A stretch of 64,000 bases of DNA, from NCBI GenBank assembly GCA_943788195.1, contig CALSPH010000001.1:59673-123672 (forward strand). The letters run 5' to 3'. Source of the stretch: an uncultured Bacteroidia bacterium (lineage in GTDB: Bacteria; Bacteroidota; Bacteroidia; NS11-12g; UBA955). The position numbers were made by a program, and so were the translations under genes. This document shows positions 21,599 through 32,411 of the stretch, one piece after another. Each line of letters opens with the position of its first letter. The first letter of the stretch is position 1. The notes under the pieces were generated by a model. That model saw only the letters and a list, made by a program, of their open reading frames with translations. It was not told the DNA's origin and did not search any database.

Positions 21599-23135
21599 AA
21601 AAACGGTAGCGATAATTGGTGGCGGACCCGCAGGGTTAACTGCAGCGTATGAGTTATTAAAACATACTGATTTTCACCCTATAATTATTGAGAAAAGCGA
21701 TTATCTAGGTGGAATATCACGCACAGTGCAATACAAGGGAAATCGAATTGATATTGGAGGACACCGTTTTTTTTCTAAATCGGATCGGGTAATGAACTGG
21801 TGGCTGGATATTCTGCCTGTTGAAAAAACAGAAGCAAATGAAATAAACATCTCGTATCAAAATAAATCGCGAAAGATAACAACGGGTGGCGCTATTGAAA
21901 ACCCAGACGAAGTAATGCTGGTTCGCAAACGCAAATCACGTATATATTTTAAGCGTAGTTTTTTCGATTATCCCATCACCCTATCGTTGGATACGATTAA
22001 GAAACTTGGTCTATTTCATACCATGAAAATAGGAATTTCTTATGTATGGATTAGTTTATTCCCCATTAAAAAGGAAGAAAATCTAGAGCAGTTTTTTATC
22101 AATCGCTTTGGTAAGGTGTTGTATAAAACCTTCTTTAAATCATATACTGAGAAAGTTTGGGGAGTTAAATGCACCGATATCAGTGCAGACTGGGGTGCAC
22201 AGCGTATCAAAGGGCTTTCAATCACTAAATCCATCGTTCACTTTATCAAAAAAACCTTCGGGAAATCAAAACAGGATATCAGTCAGAAAGGAACAGAAAC
22301 CTCATTGATTGAATACTTCTTGTATCCCAAGTTTGGTCCGGGGCAAATGTGGGAAGTGGTAGGTAGAAAAATCCAAGCGCAAGGTGGTAAAATTCTTATG
22401 CAGTCTGAAGTGGTCCATATCCACAACAATCCAGAAAATCAAATTGAGCACATCAAGTATAAAACCAGTGAGGGTAAACTAGTAGAAATAAGTGTGGATT
22501 ATTTAATCTCCACAATGCCCATTAAAGATTTGATTTCTGATTTACAAATTCCTGCTCCTGAAACGGTTGAGGCGGTAAGCGCTGAGTTAATGTATCGCGA
22601 CTTCATTACTGTGGGTGTTTTATTGAAAAAACTTAAAACCGGTCCTTTGGAAGATAACTGGATTTATGTGCAAGAGCCGGATGTGAAAGTAGGCCGATTG
22701 CAAATTTTCAATAACTGGAGTCCTTATCTAGTAAAAGACCCCAGTAAAACGTGGATTGGAATGGAATATTTCTGTTTTGAGGGAGACGAAATTTGGGAGA
22801 TGACTGAAGAGCAGATGAAACACTTTGCGATTGATGAGTTGGTAAAAATGAACTTAATAGACCCAGAAGATGCGCTGGATTCTGTGGTCATTAAAATGCC
22901 TAAAACCTATCCAGCCTACTTTGGGGTATATGATCAATTTGATACGGTTGAAAGCTACCTGAAGGAAATCAACAATCTTTACCCTGTGGGCCGTAACGGG
23001 ATGCACAAATACAACAATCAGGATCACAGTATGTTAACTGCCATGGCAGCGGTTGAGCATATTACAACCGGCAAAGGAAGCAAAGCGGATATCTGGGATA
23101 TCAATACCGAGCAAGAATATCACGAAGAAAAATAA
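21588..23135 (+). CDS. NAD(P)/FAD-dependent oxidoreductase (amine-oxidase/UDP-galactopyranose-mutase/CrtI-like Rossmann fold)
   Basis: N-terminal dinucleotide-binding [17 protein letters not shown]...[14 protein letters not shown]. Confidence 0.6.
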   Translation: MSNKKTVAIIGGGPAGLTAAYELLKHTDFHPIIIEKSDYLGGISRTVQYKGNRIDIGGHRFFSKSDRVMNWWLDILPVEKTEANEINISYQNKSRKITTGGAIENPDEVMLVRKRKSRIYFKRSFFDYPITLSLDTIKKLGLFHTMKIGISYVWISLFPIKKEENLEQFFINRFGKVLYKTFFKSYTEKVWGVKCTDISADWGAQRIKGLSITKSIVHFIKKTFGKSKQDISQKGTETSLIEYFLYPKFGPGQMWEVVGRKIQAQGGKILMQSEVVHIHNNPENQIEHIKYKTSEGKLVEISVDYLISTMPIKDLISDLQIPAPETVEAVSAELMYRDFITVGVLLKKLKTGPLEDNWIYVQEPDVKVGRLQIFNNWSPYLVKDPSKTWIGMEYFCFEGDEIWEMTEEQMKHFAIDELVKMNLIDPEDALDSVVIKMPKTYPAYFGVYDQFDTVESYLKEINNLYPVGRNGMHKYNNQDHSMLTAMAAVEHITTGKGSKADIWDINTEQEYHEEK

Positions 23136-23140
23136 CTTTC

Positions 23141-23866
23141 TTACAACTGATACCGCACCCCTAAAACAGGGTACAGTGCTTTATTTCTAAAGCGATCATT
23201 ATTGAAGGTTAATTTACGATCTGTGGTATACTCTGAAAAAACGAACGACACTCCTGGCCGCAAACTCCACCGATTATTCAAACGATAGTTTAAGGTAAAC
23301 TCTGAATTTAAACTTCCCCAATCATAATCCCCGGTCAATAACAAATTGAGCGGAGTCACTTTGGCGGTTTCAGTTGTTATAGGTTGTCCTTGACTGAACG
23401 CATTAAAACTTCCCGATTGTGCTCCTCCAAAAGTAAAACCGACTGCATCAATATTAAACTCAAGCATAAATTTATGACTAATTTGATAACCCAGATAAAT
23501 TGCCAAATTGATTGAATTGGTATTGCTGTTAGTTAAGAATAAGGTATCTAATTTATCTTCATTCTGTTTCTTGAAAAAATTGCCTTCAGATACTTTCCCT
23601 GGTGCGGTAACAAATGCTTTGTTCTGAGCCCCATTTGAAGTAAAACGCAAACCATACCCCACAAAAAAGTGTTCCGACTTGATAAACTGAACTTGCGCCA
23701 ATTTCTGCCAAGAAAGTGCAACTGCACCAGCCTGTTGAAATGAACTAGCAAAGGCTAAATCCAAACTGGTGCTTTTTTCTTTGGTATGTGTTTTTTTTAA
23801 GTAAGTAGCACTTGCACCTTGCACTATAAGAAGCCCTAAAATAAAGACCAATAGTTTCTTTATCAT
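23141..23866 (-). CDS. outer-membrane beta-barrel protein (porin/OmpA-like barrel family)
   Basis: A signal peptide, an alternating amphipathic beta-strand pattern, and a C-terminal aromatic-x-aromatic tail (RYQL). Confidence 0.45.
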   Translation of the reverse strand: MIKKLLVFILGLLIVQGASATYLKKTHTKEKSTSLDLAFASSFQQAGAVALSWQKLAQVQFIKSEHFFVGYGLRFTSNGAQNKAFVTAPGKVSEGNFFKKQNEDKLDTLFLTNSNTNSINLAIYLGYQISHKFMLEFNIDAVGFTFGGAQSGSFNAFSQGQPITTETAKVTPLNLLLTGDYDWGSLNSEFTLNYRLNNRWSLRPGVSFVFSEYTTDRKLTFNNDRFRNKALYPVLGVRYQL

Positions 23867-23943
23867 TTTTCAAAACTACCGATTTTTTAAGTTCTCTTAC
23901 TAATCGAGCCATAAAACGAAAAAAAATCCGTTGATTTGAAAGA

Positions 23944-24552
23944 GTGAAACTACCCTCCAAAATACTGGAAGATGCCGTTGAGAAACTATCTATTTTTCCG
24001 GGTGTTGGTAAAAGATCGGCATTGCGCATGGTTATTCACCTGCTTCAACAGCCCGATGAAAATGTTTTTGCCATTGGCAATGCCTTAAATCGCTTGAAAG
24101 AGGAAATTACAATGTGTCATAAATGCCACAACATCGCAGAGGCCAAGCTTTGTGACATTTGCCTAAACCCAAGCAGAGATGACACCTTGCTTTGTGTGGT
24201 AGAAAACTTTACTGATATATTAGCCATAGAATCTACAGGGCAATACAAAGGTCTATACCACGTTCTAGGAGGACTAATCTCTCCAATGGACGGCATAACT
24301 GCAGAAGAATTGAATGTACAAAGCCTTTTTGATCGCATGAAAATTGAACCCATACGAGAAATTATTTTTGCATTAAGTGCAACGATGGAAGGAGATACAA
24401 GCGCTTTCTATATCCGAAGAAAAATGTTGGATGCAGAACATGTTGTTTTCAGTCAAATTAGCAGAGGTGTTAGCCTAGGCACAGAACTTGAATATGCAGA
24501 TGAGGCCACTTTAGCCAATAGTATAGTTAACCGGACCCTTTTTAGTAAATAG
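23944..24552 (+). CDS. recR: recombination protein RecR
   Basis: An N-terminal HhH (LPGVGKRSALRM), a C4 zinc finger (CHKCHNIAEAKLCDIC) and a Toprim region. Confidence 0.85.
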   Translation: MKLPSKILEDAVEKLSIFPGVGKRSALRMVIHLLQQPDENVFAIGNALNRLKEEITMCHKCHNIAEAKLCDICLNPSRDDTLLCVVENFTDILAIESTGQYKGLYHVLGGLISPMDGITAEELNVQSLFDRMKIEPIREIIFALSATMEGDTSAFYIRRKMLDAEHVVFSQISRGVSLGTELEYADEATLANSIVNRTLFSK

Positions 24553-24555
24553 ATA

Positions 24556-26514
24556 TTGACTCCGTCCATTGACATATCGATCATAATTGTAAACTACAAT
24601 GTTAAGTACTTTTTAGAGCAATGTTTGGGTTCCATCTATGCAAAAAAAACCGATTTAAAACTCGAAGTTATTGTGGTTGATAATAACTCAGTGGATGGTT
24701 CAGTTCAATTGATAAAATCAAAATTTCCGCAAGTTAAATGCATTGCAAACACTGAAAATGTGGGCTTCTCAAAAGCAAATAACCAAGCCATGGGAATTGC
24801 TTTAGGCAAGTATCAACTCATACTAAACCCAGATACCGTTCTAGAGCAAAACACTTTGCCATTATGCTTTGAATATATGGAGCAAAACCCAACTGCAGGG
24901 GCCTTGGGTGTGCGCATGATTGATGGGAATGGCACATTTTTACCAGAATCTAAACGCGGGTTGCCAACCCCCGCAGTTGCATTCTACAAAATGGCTTTAC
25001 TTAATAAATTATTTCCTAAGTCACAAACATTTGGTCGATACCATGCGGGCTACCTTGCTGAAGACGAAATCAATGAAGTTGATGTCTTGTCTGGAGCTTT
25101 TATGTTTATCCGTACAGCAGTTTTGGACAAAATTGGGTTCTTTGATGAAACCTATTTTATGTATGGAGAAGATATTGATTTGTCTTACCGCATAACCAAA
25201 GCAGGGTACAACAATATCTACTTCCCAAAAAGTACGATCATTCATTATAAGGGAGAAAGCACTAAAAGAAAAACGGTCAATTATGTGCGCACTTTTTATA
25301 ACGCTATGATCATTTTTGCGCAAACCCATTATACCGGGACCAATCAAAAATGGATGGTTTATTTCTTGCAATTTGCCATATGGGCACGTGCAGGGGTTGC
25401 CTTAATACAACGTTTATTAGAAAAGGTTTGGGCTCCCTTGCTTGACATTGTTGTGCTCTATAGTGGGTTCTACTTTCTGGCAAAATATTGGGAAGTCTAC
25501 AATCGGTTTGTGCAGTATTATTCAGATGAGTACTACTTTGGACATTTACCCTTATATGTTATTCTACTTCTAATCATAGTAAAATTGAGCGGAGGTTACA
25601 GTTTCCCGTATAAACTTTATCGCTCTCAAAGAGGAATCATTCTTGGATCATTAATACTAATAGCCATTTATGGACTACTTACAAAGGATATGCAATTTAG
25701 CCGTGCCATTGTATTACTAGGCTCACTATGGAGTTTAATTGGCATTTCGATATCGCGTTATCTGATTAATTATTTCAAAACAGGTGCTTGGGAATTTAAC
25801 CCAGAGAAAAATCAGCGGATTGCGATAATGGCCCAGGAAAGCGAATACAATCGTGTGGTGCAGTTATTTGAAAAAGTAGGCAAAGAGGGCAAGGTGATTG
25901 GAAATATTTCACCCGATCATAATAAAGAAGGCGACTTATTAGGAAGTGCTGAGCAGCTCAAGGACATCATTTCAATCTATCGTATTAATGAATTAATTTT
26001 TTGTGCCAAAGATTTACCCTCCGAAAAAATCATCAAGTGGATGAGTGATCTTTCCAATGAAGACATTAAGTATAAAATAGTTCCTGCAGAAAGTGAATTC
26101 ATCGTAGGAAGTCATTCCAAGAACGCTCAGGGCGAATTGTTTTCAATTGATATTCAAATGCTGATAGGGAAAGAGGAAAATCGCCTTAAGAAACGACTTC
26201 TAGATTTTTTATTTGGCTTATTATTATTGATTCTTTTGCCTTTGAGCTTGATTAAACCTAAAAAAATAGGTACTAAAATAGCCAATGCATTTGCATTAAT
26301 CTGGGGGAGCAAAACCTTAATTTCATATGTGCCCGCACCAGACATTAAGAAACTACCCCCACTGAAACAAGGCCTTCTCTTCCCTGCAAGTAAAGTAAAT
26401 GCTAGTTCAAATAGTGCAACCATTAATCGCGTTAATTTTTTATATGCCAAAGATTATACTCCAGGTATCGATTTGGAACTATTCATCAAGAATCTAAAAA
26501 AACTTACTTACTAA
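24556..26514 (+). CDS. family-2 glycosyltransferase with a C-terminal membrane region
   Basis: IIIVNYN...VDNNSVDGS...LNPDTV motifs mark a GT2_A fold. Hydrophobic segments follow at 270-400 aa and again near the C-terminus. Confidence 0.65.
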   Translation: MTPSIDISIIIVNYNVKYFLEQCLGSIYAKKTDLKLEVIVVDNNSVDGSVQLIKSKFPQVKCIANTENVGFSKANNQAMGIALGKYQLILNPDTVLEQNTLPLCFEYMEQNPTAGALGVRMIDGNGTFLPESKRGLPTPAVAFYKMALLNKLFPKSQTFGRYHAGYLAEDEINEVDVLSGAFMFIRTAVLDKIGFFDETYFMYGEDIDLSYRITKAGYNNIYFPKSTIIHYKGESTKRKTVNYVRTFYNAMIIFAQTHYTGTNQKWMVYFLQFAIWARAGVALIQRLLEKVWAPLLDIVVLYSGFYFLAKYWEVYNRFVQYYSDEYYFGHLPLYVILLLIIVKLSGGYSFPYKLYRSQRGIILGSLILIAIYGLLTKDMQFSRAIVLLGSLWSLIGISISRYLINYFKTGAWEFNPEKNQRIAIMAQESEYNRVVQLFEKVGKEGKVIGNISPDHNKEGDLLGSAEQLKDIISIYRINELIFCAKDLPSEKIIKWMSDLSNEDIKYKIVPAESEFIVGSHSKNAQGELFSIDIQMLIGKEENRLKKRLLDFLFGLLLLILLPLSLIKPKKIGTKIANAFALIWGSKTLISYVPAPDIKKLPPLKQGLLFPASKVNASSNSATINRVNFLYAKDYTPGIDLELFIKNLKKLTY

Positions 26515-26534
26515 TTTTTTCTTATTATTGTCTA

Positions 26535-28423
26535 TGCGTAAAAACCCGTATCCCGTAGAACGGGACTTTAAAAGTTTGCACCATTTTTTTATTAATGCTG
26601 CAACACAAATCCATAATCCAGAGAAAGCCTATATGTGGCGGAAGGTCGATGGGAAATACCAATCAATTAGCTATGGTGAAGTTTTACAATCCATTAACTG
26701 TTTAGCCGCCTGGTTTATTGAAAAAGGATTACAACACGGAGACAAAGTTGCTATATGCTTAGAGAACTGCCCTGAATACATTATGGTAGATCAAGCTTTA
26801 ATTAAAATAGGCTGTGCAAATGCTTCCATTTATCCAACCCTATCGCCCGATGAAACTGCCTATATTATTAATGACTCAGCCAGTAAAATAATTCTACTGG
26901 GAAGTCCATTCCTTTTTAAGAAATTTAAAAAGATTCAAGAGCAATGCAAAGGAATTGAACAGGTGATTTTACGCTTTGATTATCAGGATAATGAACCCAA
27001 TTGTATTAATATTCAAAATGCTATTAAAGAAGGTGAAGCTTTGTTGGATAAGCACATGGCAACCATCGAAGAACGATTTGCCAAAGTGGGCCCGGATGAT
27101 CTAGCAACTTTGATTTATACTTCAGGAACCACTGGCGTTCCTAAGGGGGTTATGCTCACCCATTGGAATTTTGGAAGCAACTGTTTTGATGCATTGGAAT
27201 TGTGTCCAGCCATTAATTCATCGGATCGTTTTTTATCCTTTTTACCCTTGAGTCATGTATACGAGCGAATGGCCACATACTATTTGGGAACCTATATTGG
27301 AGGCGAGGTTGCCTTTGCCGAAAGCATTGAAAAAGTAGCCCAAAATGTAAAAGAAATGCAACCCACCATTTTAGCTTGTGTACCCCGATTACTTGAACGA
27401 ATAGAAGAAAAAGTAAGAAAAACCGCAGCGGGTGGTTCACCAATCAAAGCGAAAATATTCAACTGGGCATTTAAAGTGGGTGAAAAATACCGTATCAAAA
27501 AATCAGCACAAAAGAACATCGGACCATTGTTAAAATTGCAGCATAGCATTGCCCATAAATTGGTTTTTAGTAAAATACATGAAAGCTTAGGTGGAAAAAT
27601 GAGACTATTTGTAAGTGGTGGAGCTGCATTACCAAAGCATGTTGGAGAGTTTTATGGCAATATTGGTTTGCGGGTTCAGGAAGGATATGGACTTACCGAA
27701 ACCAGTCCATTCGTGACAGTAAATGAATATCACCATCAAATATATGGTTCTGCTGGAAGAGTGGGACCAAGACAAACCGTAGCAATTCAAAACGCAGATA
27801 CCAAAGAGTTTATAACGCAACAAACCTATCAAAGCTATGACCCCAATTTTAGCTCAGAAGAAGGTGAAATATTGGTTAAAGGCCCGAACATTATGATTGG
27901 GTACTATAACAAGCCTGAGGCCACCGCAGAGGTTTTTGACGAAGATGATTGGTTCCATACCGGTGATGTAGGTAAATTCCACAGAGGATATCTGCACATT
28001 ACAGACCGTATAAAAAACATGTTCGTGAATTCTTTGGGTAAAAACATTTACCCCACTCCAGTTGAAAATACATATTTGAAAAGCGACCGTATTGAACAAT
28101 TATTTCTAATTGGTGATAAACGCGAATACATTACTGCCATTATCGTTCCCAATGAAGATCAGCTTATAACTGATTTAGAGGTAAGCAAATCCTTTTTTAA
28201 GGAAGAAGCGCTTATGGTTGATGATGAAAATGTGCGCAAATGGATGAATGAAGATGTAAAAAAATACGGTCTGAAATTAGCGAAATTTGAACGTATTAAA
28301 GATTTTGTAATTAAGCGTATACCATTCTCCGTTGAAGAAAATGAGATTACTCCTACCCTAAAACCCAAAAGAAAAAATATTGAAGCTAAGTATGGGGATT
28401 TTATTGAGGGCATGTATAGTTAA
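26535..28423 (+). CDS. long-chain fatty-acid-CoA ligase (AMP-forming acyl-CoA synthetase)
   Basis: AMP-binding signature LIYTSGTTGVPKGVMLTH, GYGLTE, and a C-terminal motif III. The likely ATG is at 26535; the track's start is a TTG. Confidence 0.8.
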
Positions 28424-28491
28424 CACTAACTAGAATAAGGTATTACATATGTTTGTTAAAAAAAACAATGGGCTTACCTTTGCGGTAGCTT

Positions 28492-29556
28492 GTGATAGCC
28501 TATATTAATTACATATACATTGCATTATTTGCAATAGCTAGTTCGTTGATTTATATCAGAATAGCGCGCTGGCTCAATATTACTGATCAACCTATTGGCC
28601 GCAGTAGCCACACGGCAAGTACGATAACCGGTCTGGGTATTATATTTCCTTTATGCGTATTATTTGCAAGTTTAATCGTAAAAACCACCCCCCCCATTGG
28701 CCCATTTTTTCTCATTGGATTATTTGCCTTAGGGATCATTTCTTTTATTGATGACGTCTTATTTGTTAAGCATTCTGTTCGGTTTGTTTTTCAGATTTTT
28801 GCGCTCATCCTCATGATCATTGAATTGCCCATGGGCGACAACTTGGTAAGTTTGATTCCAATTTATGCGGCTACTATAGTATTTGGCATTGGGGTTATCA
28901 ATGCATACAACTTTATGGATGGCATCAATGGAATGCTCGGGTTGAATCTCCTAGCCACTTTAATCTGTCTTTTTATAATTAACGATGTGCTACCGGCCAA
29001 TGGAGAAGATGGATTGCATTTCATTGATTCCCGCATTCTTTTTAGTGTTATTGCCGCAGATGTGGTGTTTTTATTTTATAATTTTCGTAAGAAGGCAAAG
29101 TCCTTTGCAGGTGACGTTGGTGCCATATGCATCGGATTTATTGTCCTTAGCTTAGTGTATCAATTGATTGTAACGACACAGAATTATTCTTATCTACTTC
29201 TATTCATTGTATTCGGCATTGATGCAGGAGTTACTGTATTTTATAAGATTATTTTGAGAGAGAATATATTCGTTCCCCATCGTGATTTTCTCTTTAAGAA
29301 ATTGGTGCATATCGCTAAAATGAAGCATTTGCATGTGAGCTCACTTTATGCTTTGGTTCAACTATTAATTGGCCTTACTACTGTTCTGTTTTTCAGAAAT
29401 ATTCCTAAAACAAGTCAGATTGCTGTTTTGTTTACTGCTATAATAGGACTTATTGCGGTTTATATTTTTTACAGAAATAAACTTACTAAAAAACGGCACG
29501 AAAAGCCCATCAATCGAAATGGTACATTAAAAACTACCTATAAAAAGATTTCTTAA
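28492..29556 (+). CDS. family-4 glycosyltransferase (MraY/WecA/WbpL-like polyprenyl-phosphate N-acetylhexosamine-1-phosphate transferase)
   Basis: The NAYNFMDGINGM motif, a polytopic membrane layout and a GTG start. Confidence 0.7.
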   Translation: MIAYINYIYIALFAIASSLIYIRIARWLNITDQPIGRSSHTASTITGLGIIFPLCVLFASLIVKTTPPIGPFFLIGLFALGIISFIDDVLFVKHSVRFVFQIFALILMIIELPMGDNLVSLIPIYAATIVFGIGVINAYNFMDGINGMLGLNLLATLICLFIINDVLPANGEDGLHFIDSRILFSVIAADVVFLFYNFRKKAKSFAGDVGAICIGFIVLSLVYQLIVTTQNYSYLLLFIVFGIDAGVTVFYKIILRENIFVPHRDFLFKKLVHIAKMKHLHVSSLYALVQLLIGLTTVLFFRNIPKTSQIAVLFTAIIGLIAVYIFYRNKLTKKRHEKPINRNGTLKTTYKKIS

Positions 29557-29693
29557 AAATCGCCTTTTTCAAGCAATATTTGTGGCTGCAATCTATTGTT
29601 ATTGGGTGCATATAATTTGAATTATTAAATAGAATTAAAGCTTGCAAAAAATCACATTCATTTTTGCATTTGATTACGTATTTTTGCCCACCT

Positions 29694-30954
29694 ATGTCAT
29701 ACCTATTTACATCCGAGTCTGTTTCAGAAGGGCACCCAGATAAAGTTTCAGATCAAATAAGTGATGCACTGATTGATCATTTTCTCGCTTTTGATAAAGA
29801 AAGCAAGGTAGCCTGCGAAACGTTAGTGACTACCGGTCAAGTTGTACTAGCTGGTGAAGTAAAGTCTAAAGCGTATTTAGATGTTCAAAATATTGCCAGA
29901 GAAGTAATCAATCGAATTGGTTATACTAAATCTGAGTACATGTTTGAAGGAAATTCTTGTGGGGTTCTTTCTGCTATCCATGAGCAAAGTCCCGATATTA
30001 ATCAAGGCGTTGACAAGAAGAAAAAAGAAGAGCAAGGTGCCGGAGACCAAGGTATGATGTTTGGTTATGCTACCAATGAGACGGAAAATTTTATGCCTTT
30101 GGCGCTTGATCTCTCCCATAGACTGCTAAAAGAACTTGCTGTTCTGCGCAGAGAAGGCAAGAAAATTAAATACCTAAGACCTGATGCGAAAAGTCAGGTA
30201 ACGCTAGAATATGACGATGACAATAATCCAATTCGAATTGATGCAATTGTTATTTCAACTCAACATGATGATTTTGATACTGAGCCAAAAATGTTGGCCA
30301 AAATCAAGAAGGACATGGTTGAAATTCTTATCCCTCGGGTTAAGAAACAATTGCCAAAACGTATCCAAAATTTATTCAATGCGGATATAAAATACCACAT
30401 TAACCCTACCGGCAAATTTGTAATTGGTGGACCGCATGGAGATACTGGACTTACTGGAAGAAAGATCATTGTAGACACATACGGAGGTAAAGGAGCGCAT
30501 GGTGGTGGTGCCTTTAGTGGGAAAGACCCTAGTAAAGTCCGATCGAAGCGCAGCATATGCCACACGCCATATAGCAAAAAACTTAGTCGCAGCTGGTTTG
30601 TGCAAAGAAGTATTGGTTCAGGTGAGTTATGCAATTGGTGTTGCTGAACCTACCAGTATAAATGTAGATACGTACGGCACAGCAAATGTGGATATGACCG
30701 ACGGTGAAATTGGGAAAAAGGTTAAGGAATTATTTGATATGCGTCCGTACTTTATTGAAAAACGCTTAAAGTTAAGAACTCCAATGTACTCTGAAACTGC
30801 GGCTTATGGCCATATGGGACGTGTAAACGAAACGGTAACCAAAGAATTTGAAAGCCCAGAAGGCAAGAAGGTTAAACTTCAAGTTGAACTCTTTACGTGG
30901 GAAAAATTAGACTACGTCATTAAAGTAAAAAAAGCGTTTAAGCTTAAGGGGTAA
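29694..30954 (+). CDS. metK: S-adenosylmethionine synthetase, interrupted in this sequence by an apparent +1 insertion near 30538-30541
   Basis: [24 protein letters not shown]...[38 protein letters not shown] matches MetK. After GKDPSKV the conserved continuation DRSAAYAARHIAKN... appears in the +1 frame (ORF 30499-30954). The GTCC there is consistent with one extra C. Confidence 0.85.
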
Positions 30955-32329
30955 AAACACCCAATTCCCATTTGATGATTTGGAAACTATCTATTTTGCA
31001 ATAGCTCCCACCTTGTATAGTTTTACTAAATAACTTCTGGTTATCATTAAAGTCCAGTTCTGAAACAATAACATGCTTTGAATTTGCTTGCCAATACGCT
31101 CTGTTCTCAAAAAATTCTTTCCATGCTGTATGACTTGGGTTAGTAAGACCAAAGCTTAAACTTGGCCCCCAAGGACCTATTAAATGCATATCAGGGGATA
31201 CATTCAACTTTATGGATTCCCTTGCAGAAATCATATCAAAACTACGTTGATTCAATAGCTGACAATAACTAAATAAAGGAATTAGAATAAAAAGAATCCC
31301 TACCAGTATAGGAAGCCATGATTTAAGCTTTGCCTGTTTCAAAAGCAGGTGAACCCCATATACATGAAACAACATCACCAACCCAAAAAACACGTACAAG
31401 TAGCGCTGAGGTAAATAAATATACAAAAGTTTATGCCCTTCTATGAAGAGCAAGCCTAACAGAACAATTAGTATCCATTTGCTCTTGCGTTCAAATTTTT
31501 TCCAATTCATGCCCATGCCAGCAATCATAAGTATGGTTGTAACACTTAAAAAAACATTAAATGGTGTTTCCCATAAATGCATGCCATTCACCTTCATTCT
31601 AAACATCCAGTGACCCCATTCTTGCATTTTTCCCGATTTGGCAAAAGCAAGGATATAATTATACTCCGCTCTGAAAATCAATCCCAACAAACCCAAAATA
31701 AGCAATGGGGCAGCACTCAACAGCAATCTATACCCCTTTGAATGCTTAATTCCAATCCATGCCAAATAAGGGATTATTAACAAACCCAAATAGACATATT
31801 GAATTTTACATCCTATGGCTAATCCGAGAAAAAATAAGCCCCAATATTGCTGTTTGGTGTTGGTATGAAAAACAAATCGTAAACTGAGGAGTAAGAATCC
31901 AAACACATAACATTCTGCCATTGCCAAATGGCTGTGTCCAAAGAAATTAACTTGAAGCGATATCATCAAGCATAGCAGCATCGGCAGCAGCATATTCTTC
32001 CCAAAATCAGCCAACCAAGTGCTTAAAACTCCTCCTAGAAACAGAACAGTAATTAACCGAATCAACCACAAGCGATTAAAGGCGATAAAGGGTGCCATTA
32101 ATAAATTATAGAAGGGGGTTTTTAAAAACCCATCTGATTCAAAAACTTCAAAACCTGCACCTTTAAACCAGTTGCTTATTTGAAATAAATACAGCCCCTC
32201 GTCTGTAAATGCACCTCTGCTACTATCAAGCATAATGCTAGGGTCCGAGCGTAAAAAAGGAATATGAGCAACTAACCATAATACCAAAAATATAACATGG
32301 TAGCGTGTTTCCTTTCTCTTTAGCGACAT
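30944..32329 (-). CDS. polytopic membrane protein (GT-C/ArnT-like or other envelope glycosyl/lipid transferase)
   Basis: 461 aa with more than 10 TM helices and a hydrophilic C-terminal domain. No specific family was recognised. Confidence 0.35.
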   Translation of the reverse strand: MSLKRKETRYHVIFLVLWLVAHIPFLRSDPSIMLDSSRGAFTDEGLYLFQISNWFKGAGFEVFESDGFLKTPFYNLLMAPFIAFNRLWLIRLITVLFLGGVLSTWLADFGKNMLLPMLLCLMISLQVNFFGHSHLAMAECYVFGFLLLSLRFVFHTNTKQQYWGLFFLGLAIGCKIQYVYLGLLIIPYLAWIGIKHSKGYRLLLSAAPLLILGLLGLIFRAEYNYILAFAKSGKMQEWGHWMFRMKVNGMHLWETPFNVFLSVTTILMIAGMGMNWKKFERKSKWILIVLLGLLFIEGHKLLYIYLPQRYLYVFFGLVMLFHVYGVHLLLKQAKLKSWLPILVGILFILIPLFSYCQLLNQRSFDMISARESIKLNVSPDMHLIGPWGPSLSFGLTNPSHTAWKEFFENRAYWQANSKHVIVSELDFNDNQKLFSKTIQGGSYCKIDSFQIIKWELGVFTP

Positions 32330-32411
32330 CGGTATTGCAAAGTACTCATTTATCCAATTAAGTTGAATAAATAATTCTTACTTTTGTGTTTTAACTTTCA
32401 AACAATAAACT

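Noticed and set aside
32330-32411. glmS ribozyme in the glmS leader
   Set aside because: The leader is only ~80 nt and lacks the conserved catalytic core. The glmS ribozyme is essentially a Firmicute feature.
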